Shown: one piece after another, positions 33,679-38,632 of the stretch
How the letters are laid out: each line of letters begins with the position of its first letter
Position numbering within the stretch: the stretch's first letter is position 1
DNA from: a virus
Lineage: Duplodnaviria > Caudoviricetes
Length of the DNA stretch: 38,632 bases
Strand: one strand, 5' to 3'
Virus record (IMG/VR): IMGVR_UViG_3300020045_004025
Location: 1 to 38,632 of that record
Position numbers and translations under genes: made by a program
Notes under the pieces: model-generated
What the model was told of the DNA's origin: nothing
Database searches by the model: none
The model's input: the letters and a program-made list of their open reading frames with translations, nothing else

Positions 33679-33875
33679 TGAAACAAACACCTATACAAGA
33701 GTTGATTGAACAACTTAGAAAAGATGGACATTATATAAATTCAGATTTAGAAAGTCATTTTTTAGAAAAAGAAAAACAAGTAATTGAGAGCGCAGTAAAC
33801 GATACTCAAAAGTATTTAACTGGTAAAGATGAAATTAATTTAGGAGAAATTTATTATAAAACCACATTTAAATAA
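33678..33875 (+). CDS. Hypothetical protein
   Basis: MKQTPIQELI...LEKEKQVI...YYKTTFK. Confidence 0.75.
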   Translation: MKQTPIQELIEQLRKDGHYINSDLESHFLEKEKQVIESAVNDTQKYLTGKDEINLGEIYYKTTFK

Positions 33876-33883
33876 AAATAACA

Positions 33884-34018
33884 ATGAGTATATTTCCTAA
33901 AAGATGGCAAGGTAGATTAATATCTTTGGACAAATTACCACAATATTATATTAAAGATGGTAAAAAATACGAAACAAAAACAAACAAATTAGTTAACAAT
34001 GGAAACACGAAATATTAA
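33884..34018 (+). CDS. Hypothetical protein (44 aa)
   Basis: Hand-translated MSIFPKRWQGRL... Confidence 0.5.
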   Translation: MSIFPKRWQGRLISLDKLPQYYIKDGKKYETKTNKLVNNGNTKY

Positions 34019-34490
34019 AATTACAGAAGAAACTGCTTTACGTTGGTTTAACGGAACAGATAACGAATTAAAGGAATTAGCAAAAATGACTTTTCCAGAA
34101 TTATTTAAAAAAGAACTCCCTAAAAGTTGGGAGGAGTTGGGAGAAATTAAAGGTTATTATATTACAAGTGATTCTGAAATAATTGATATAGATAATATTG
34201 AATCTAAGAGCGATTGTGCTAATACTTTCGCAACAGAAGAACAAGCAAAAGCATCAATAGCACTTGCGCAATTATCACAACTAAAAGCGGTTTATAATGA
34301 TGGATGGGTAGCGGATTGGAGTGAACCAGCAAAATTAAAACATTGTATTACTTTTTATGATAATGAAATATATAAAGATATATTATATAGTACTGGAGCT
34401 TTCTTATCATTCAAAGACGCTGAAACAAGAGATTTATTTTTAGAGAACTTTAAAGATTTAATACTCCAAGCGAAAAGTTTATTGAGTTAA
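33999..34490 (+). CDS. Hypothetical protein
   Basis: 163 aa; LPKSWEEL..AQLSQLKAVYNDGWVADW. Confidence 0.8.
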   Translation: METRNIKITEETALRWFNGTDNELKELAKMTFPELFKKELPKSWEELGEIKGYYITSDSEIIDIDNIESKSDCANTFATEEQAKASIALAQLSQLKAVYNDGWVADWSEPAKLKHCITFYDNEIYKDILYSTGAFLSFKDAETRDLFLENFKDLILQAKSLLS

Positions 34491-34523
34491 TTTGTGTTTG
34501 TAAAGAAAAAATAACTAATTTTG
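34491..34523 (+). promoter_or_regulatory. Promoter TTTG-21 bp-TAATTTTG for the terminase operon
   Basis: -7 at 34516-34523, with only 5 nt before the terS ATG. Confidence 0.6.
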
Positions 34524-34528
34524 TTTTT

Positions 34529-34948
34529 ATGGCAAGACTTACTGAATATAATTACGACTTATGTATTGAAATTTGCGAAGAAGTAGCGCAAGGAAGCAAT
34601 ATAATGCGTATTTTGGAAAATAATACTAATTATCCAAGTTGGTCAACTTTTAGACGTTGGAAGCGAGATAATGAAGAATTAAGAACGTTGTATATAAACA
34701 GCCAACAAGACAAAGCAGAAGCATTAGAAAAAGAAATGGACGATTATAGAGATATGTTAATTGCAAAAGAAATTGATGCATCTACTTACAATACTTTAGT
34801 TCAAACTTTGAAATGGAAAATGGCTAAATTTTATCCAAAAGTATTTGGAGAAAAACTACAACATTCCAACGACCCTGAAAATCCAATAAATATATCAATA
34901 TTAAATATTGACCCTTTATCAGATGCAACAAACGACAGCACTTCGTAA
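34529..34948 (+). CDS. terS: Terminase small subunit
   Basis: EICEEVAQG..YPSWSTFRRW HTH and KWKMAKFYPKVFGEK; directly upstream of TerL. Confidence 0.88.
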   Translation: MARLTEYNYDLCIEICEEVAQGSNIMRILENNTNYPSWSTFRRWKRDNEELRTLYINSQQDKAEALEKEMDDYRDMLIAKEIDASTYNTLVQTLKWKMAKFYPKVFGEKLQHSNDPENPINISILNIDPLSDATNDSTS

Positions 34949-36140
34949 AATATCAGCACTAAAAAAAAAGATATGGTGTATACAAGGTGGTCAAGGTGCT
35001 GGAAAAACAATAGCTATATTAATTCTATTAACTAACTACGCTTCAAGAAATCCTAATAAAGAAATTTATATAGCTTCAGCAGAGTTGTCAAAAATGCGTG
35101 ATACAGTACTAAAAGACTTCATTAAAATTTTGAGGTCTTTTGGTTTATATGAAAAGGTTAATTTAACTGGTGTTACTAATGGTCAACCATTATGTATATT
35201 TCAAAACAAATCTTTTATTCGTTTTATTGGATTAGATAAAGAGGATATAGGTAAAGGTTTACGTTCCGATGTTGTTTATTTAAACGAAGCCAACAAAACA
35301 AACTTTGAAACGTACCGAGAATTAACATCGAGAGCAAAGCGTAAAATTTTAGATTATAATCCTAATAAGCGTTTTTGGGCGCACAACGAAGTTATTCCTG
35401 ACAAAGATTGTGAGTACTTATGTTTAACATTTTTAGATAATGAATTTTTATCAGAAGAAGAAAGAAACGAAATTTTAGGCTATAAAGAAAAAGGTTATCA
35501 CAATCCTAATTTAGAAATTTACGATACAGATGAAAATACAAAATCTAACTATTGGCGCAATAAGTGGCGTATTTATGGTTTAGGGATTACTGGAATAGTT
35601 GATAATAAAATCTTTGAAAATTGGAAAAGAATAACAAATAGAGATTTTGAAGACTTAAGACTAAACTCGTATTTTGGGTTAGACTTTGGTGTTTCAGCTC
35701 CTACTGCTTTAGTTGAAATGAAAACCGATGGCGAAGGTACTTATTTCTTAAAAGAAAGATTATACAAACCCTTAAAAGAAATGAAAGGCACACTTTCAGA
35801 GGAACTTGAAAATTTAGGAATACCAAAACATATTGAAATAATTTGTGATAGTGGAAATGAATTAAATTTATCAGAGGGTAGAAAGTTAAAAAACGCTGGG
35901 TTTAATGTTATATTTGCAAAGAAAGGACAAGGTTCAGTAGTTTCTGCAATTGAAACAATGCAAAAAGCTATTATTTATTACACAGAAGATAGTAATAATT
36001 TAGAAGAAAATTACGAAAATTACCAATGGAAAACTCATAATGGTGAGGTTTTAGATATACCTGAGGAAACAAGAGAAGATGCAATCGATGCTACAAAATA
36101 CGTTATCAAATGGTATAGCGTTACAAGATATTTAACTTAA
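34923..36140 (+). CDS. terL: Terminase large subunit, PBSX/SPP1-like
   Basis: Walker A QGGQGAGKT, Walker B VVYLNE, DYNP, DNEFL, GLDFG, CDS and DAIDATKY; likely ATG at 34923. Confidence 0.95.
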   Translation: MQQTTALRKISALKKKIWCIQGGQGAGKTIAILILLTNYASRNPNKEIYIASAELSKMRDTVLKDFIKILRSFGLYEKVNLTGVTNGQPLCIFQNKSFIRFIGLDKEDIGKGLRSDVVYLNEANKTNFETYRELTSRAKRKILDYNPNKRFWAHNEVIPDKDCEYLCLTFLDNEFLSEEERNEILGYKEKGYHNPNLEIYDTDENTKSNYWRNKWRIYGLGITGIVDNKIFENWKRITNRDFEDLRLNSYFGLDFGVSAPTALVEMKTDGEGTYFLKERLYKPLKEMKGTLSEELENLGIPKHIEIICDSGNELNLSEGRKLKNAGFNVIFAKKGQGSVVSAIETMQKAIIYYTEDSNNLEENYENYQWKTHNGEVLDIPEETREDAIDATKYVIKWYSVTRYLT

Positions 36141-36153
36141 AAAAAAATAGATT

Positions 36154-36321
36154 ATGACTTGGGAACCACATTTAAAAATTAGATTAACAAACGGAATTGA
36201 AACATTTAATCATTGTTTTATGAAGCCTGATGTTTCAGATGAAGAAATGTTATTAGCTTTTAATAAGTTAAAAGAAAACTTTAAATCTAAAGAAAATATT
36301 ACCCTTAGTATTGGATATTAA
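36154..36321 (+). CDS. Hypothetical protein (55 aa)
   Basis: Hand-translated MTWEPHLKIRLTNG... Confidence 0.6.
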   Translation: MTWEPHLKIRLTNGIETFNHCFMKPDVSDEEMLLAFNKLKENFKSKENITLSIGY

Positions 36322-36332
36322 AATAAAGAATT

Positions 36333-36551
36333 ATGAACTTAATACAAGAAGCAAAAAATAGAGGTTATAGAAAAGGAACTGCAATAAGATATGTCCCTCA
36401 CGCAATTGATTATGTTGAGGGAGAATTTTTTGAAATTGAAGAAGGAGAAGTAAGAGCTTATGCAAAACCTGAACACGAAAGAAAAAGTTTTGATGATTAT
36501 AGACACGACACTTTATTTGATGGTTTTAAATGGGTTGAGATAGTAAAATAA
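36333..36551 (+). CDS. Hypothetical protein
   Basis: 72 aa; EAKNRGY...KWVEIV resembles the C-terminal module of 22068-22898. Confidence 0.75.
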   Translation: MNLIQEAKNRGYRKGTAIRYVPHAIDYVEGEFFEIEEGEVRAYAKPEHERKSFDDYRHDTLFDGFKWVEIVK

Positions 36552-36564
36552 AAAATAATCACTA

Positions 36565-36583
36565 ATTTATATACAATCTAAAT
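36565..36583. promoter_or_regulatory. 19-bp palindromic operator ATTTATATACAATCTAAAT
   Basis: Same family of box but starting only 28 bp upstream of the -7 element, so it overlaps the -33 region. Confidence 0.55.
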
Positions 36584-36592
36584 AAATATTAT

Positions 36593-36703
36593 TATATTTG
36601 TAGCAATTAATTGATGTGAAGTCGCATCAAACTATTACAAATGAACGTAAACACTAATTTAATATTAAAGTCTTAATCGATTAATTTCGGTTAAGGCTTT
36701 TTT
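36593..36703 (+). promoter_or_regulatory. Portal-operon promoter with hairpin and terminator leader
   Basis: TATATTTG at 36593; hairpin TTGATGTG-aagt-CGCATCAA at 36611-36630; terminator AAAGTCTTAATCGA/TCGGTTAAGGCTTT at 36667-36703. Confidence 0.7.
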
Positions 36704-36711
36704 GCTTTAAT

Positions 36712-37920
36712 ATGGTTATAAAATCAGTTAGCTTATTTGGTAGAGAACTTTTTAGAGTAGAACGTAATAGAAGCGGTCAGTTTTCATATACTTTTTTAGA
36801 TGGAAATTCATTTGTGGATAATGGTAAGTATATGGAATTTTACCTATCAAATCCAGTGCTTTCTACAATAGTAAACTTTTCAGCTACTTACTACTCACAA
36901 ATGAGAATAACTCATATTGGTAAAGATGGTAAAGTAATTGAAAATTCAGATTACACTAAACTATTGTACAACCCTAACTACTTTCAATCAAAAGAGGATT
37001 TCTTTTTTCAGCAAATGGTATTTTTATCGGTTACTGGAAACGATTATATTTATCAAATAAAACCATTTAGTAATTCAGTCCCAAATGCTATTTATAATCT
37101 TATTCCTAATGAAATAGATTTTAATAACACTAACAAAATAGACAAATTTATTATTACTAAAAATAATAAAATGGCTATTGAAGAAAAGATTATTAAATAT
37201 AATTTAGATGGTGTAACACATAATTTACCATTAAAATCAATTATTCCTACTTATGACTTAACTAACGGGTTAGTTGGTAATTCATTACTTACATCACAAA
37301 GCAGAGTTAAAGCAATTGCGCCAGTACTTTACAACATTAATAAAAATCTTATATCTAAAGGTATTAACCTTGAAATGTCATCAAAGTACTTAGGTAAAAA
37401 CGAAAGTACTGGAAACGAAGCTCAAATACAACAAGGAGATAGAAGTTCAATCGAAAACACTTTAGGAAGCAAATCGCTTATTTTAACTAATGCTAATGTT
37501 GATGTTAAGCATTTAGTTAGCGATATGAAAAAATTGTTTTTAGATGAGCAATACGCTGAGGACTTCAATAAGTGTTTATTAGCTTTTGGAATGAATAAAA
37601 ACGTTATTAATCCGTTTAGTAGGGATTCAACATTTGAAAACCAATCACAAGGTTTAATATCATACATTCAAAACCAAATACAGAATACTGCTGATAACAC
37701 AATGAACTCGCTTTCTCAAAGTTGGGGATTATTTGAAAAAGGAGAAAAGTTAAGAGCATCATTTGACCATTTACCAGTTATGCAATCTGTAATAAATGAA
37801 AAGATTAAAACGTTAACAGACTTTCAGAATATGGTTAAGTTAGCGAAAGAAAACGGAACTATGAATGATAATGATGCGGTTACAAAAACAAAGGAATTAA
37901 TGACTAAACTAAATTTATAG
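36712..37920 (+). CDS. Portal protein (HK97-like)
   Basis: 402 aa; LLYNPNYFQS..FF, GNDYIY and STFENQ; lies between TerL and the protease. Confidence 0.9.
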   Translation: MVIKSVSLFGRELFRVERNRSGQFSYTFLDGNSFVDNGKYMEFYLSNPVLSTIVNFSATYYSQMRITHIGKDGKVIENSDYTKLLYNPNYFQSKEDFFFQQMVFLSVTGNDYIYQIKPFSNSVPNAIYNLIPNEIDFNNTNKIDKFIITKNNKMAIEEKIIKYNLDGVTHNLPLKSIIPTYDLTNGLVGNSLLTSQSRVKAIAPVLYNINKNLISKGINLEMSSKYLGKNESTGNEAQIQQGDRSSIENTLGSKSLILTNANVDVKHLVSDMKKLFLDEQYAEDFNKCLLAFGMNKNVINPFSRDSTFENQSQGLISYIQNQIQNTADNTMNSLSQSWGLFEKGEKLRASFDHLPVMQSVINEKIKTLTDFQNMVKLAKENGTMNDNDAVTKTKELMTKLNL

Positions 37921-37922
37921 TT

Positions 37923-38042
37923 ATGAGTACTAAATTAACACCTAAAGAAATAGAAAACCAAATTAGCAAAGAACAAATAGAGAAAGCTAAAAAGGAACTA
38001 AACAAAAGATTACAAAACAACGATAAAGAAGTAAAAAAATGA
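37923..38042 (+). CDS. Small basic protein (39 aa)
   Basis: Hand-translated MSTKLTPKEIENQISK...; ATGA overlap with the protease. Confidence 0.6.
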   Translation: MSTKLTPKEIENQISKEQIEKAKKELNKRLQNNDKEVKK

Positions 38043-38632
38043 TTTGGAAATCAACTAACACACAAGGAGAACATACTTTTTTTGATTCAAAAGAGGAATT
38101 GTTTAAGCACATTAGAGAAAATAAAGATATTCTAATTGATGCTAAAAAGTCGGTTATTCAAAAATCAGTTGATAAAGGAAGCGCAGTTGTTTCAAAATGT
38201 TTGGATTTACTAAAGTTTACCGACCAATTAAAAGGTATTAAAATTGATGACAATTTCTATTACATAGCGGTTAATTCAACTATGATATTAGATAGTCACG
38301 ATGATTTACACGATAATGGATTATGGAAAAAATCAGTACAAGAAACGCAAGGTAAAAATTATTTAGTTTGTGATCACGAATTGGAAGTATTGCAAACAAT
38401 AACACGTAAAGAACACATCGAAATATTCACTGCTAAAATTCCTTTTTCATTAATCGGACAACCTTATAATGGAGAAACAGAAGTTTTGATTTATAAAGTG
38501 CCAAAAGACCAAATTAAAATTGAAGCGGTTAAAGAATGGTTAGATAGTGGTGATAGTATCGAGGCTTCTGTAAGAATGCGTTATGTTACTATTTTACTTG
38601 CAATGGATTCTAACAGTCCTGAGGACGTAACA
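38039..38632 (+). CDS. 5' part of HK97-family prohead protease (continues at window start)
   Basis: Open frame MIWKSTN...ILDSHDDLH..GLWKKS..YLVCDH..EASVRM running through the terminal repeat. Confidence 0.8.
   Translation, partial: MIWKSTNTQGEHTFFDSKEELFKHIRENKDILIDAKKSVIQKSVDKGSAVVSKCLDLLKFTDQLKGIKIDDNFYYIAVNSTMILDSHDDLHDNGLWKKSVQETQGKNYLVCDHELEVLQTITRKEHIEIFTAKIPFSLIGQPYNGETEVLIYKVPKDQIKIEAVKEWLDSGDSIEASVRMRYVTILLAMDSNSPEDVT
38512..38632. repeat. Terminal 121-bp direct repeat, right copy
   Basis: Identical to 1-121. Confidence 0.97.

Noticed and set aside
201-37667. Minus-strand ORFs in the supplied track (for example 201-692, 720-1028, 6896-7249, 17722-18027, 29335-29622, 37422-37667)
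   Set aside because: They overlap well-supported + strand genes, have shadow-like composition and show no motifs.
22265-37817. Other AACGTT occurrences as further attC-like sites
   Set aside because: Those I checked by eye lie within coding sequence and lack a following stem and closing T-GTT; a covariance scan would be needed to exclude degenerate sites.
1-38632. Stop-codon reassignment
   Set aside because: Genes are full length and tightly packed under the standard bacterial code, and all three stop codons are used.

Overview
This is a complete, circularly assembled genome of a tailed dsDNA phage of about 38.5 kb. Bases 1-121 repeat exactly at 38512-38632, so the unique length is 38,511 bp. 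It is AT-rich, and every credible gene lies on the + strand. Promoters match the Bacteroidota -7 consensus TAnnTTTG and A-rich leaders replace Shine-Dalgarno sites, which points to a Flavobacterium-like host. Gene order is TerS, TerL (PBSX-like), portal, HK97-type protease (split by the assembly origin), HK97 major capsid, head-tail and tail genes, tape measure, tail tip and fibres, holin-like genes with an M15 endolysin, an accessory region, a displaced u-spanin, more accessory genes, ERF, SSB, an O-like initiator with iterons, an AAA ATPase, DUF1367 and NinG. I recognise no integrase, tRNA, CRISPR array or polymerase. The most unusual element is a two-cassette integron-like array at 17126-17965. 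It has attC-like hairpins (AAC-GTTNN-stem...stem-T-GTT), cassette-specific complementary ends and an apparent empty site directly downstream of a promoter, but no phage integrase. Other notable signals are a 19-bp palindrome 53-54 bp upstream of four promoters that overlaps the portal promoter, two pseudoknot or kissing-loop leaders, two short transcripts starting UCAUAAUG, and three HNH endonucleases that each appear to have remodelled a resident gene. All calls come from reading the sequence by eye; no database searches were run.
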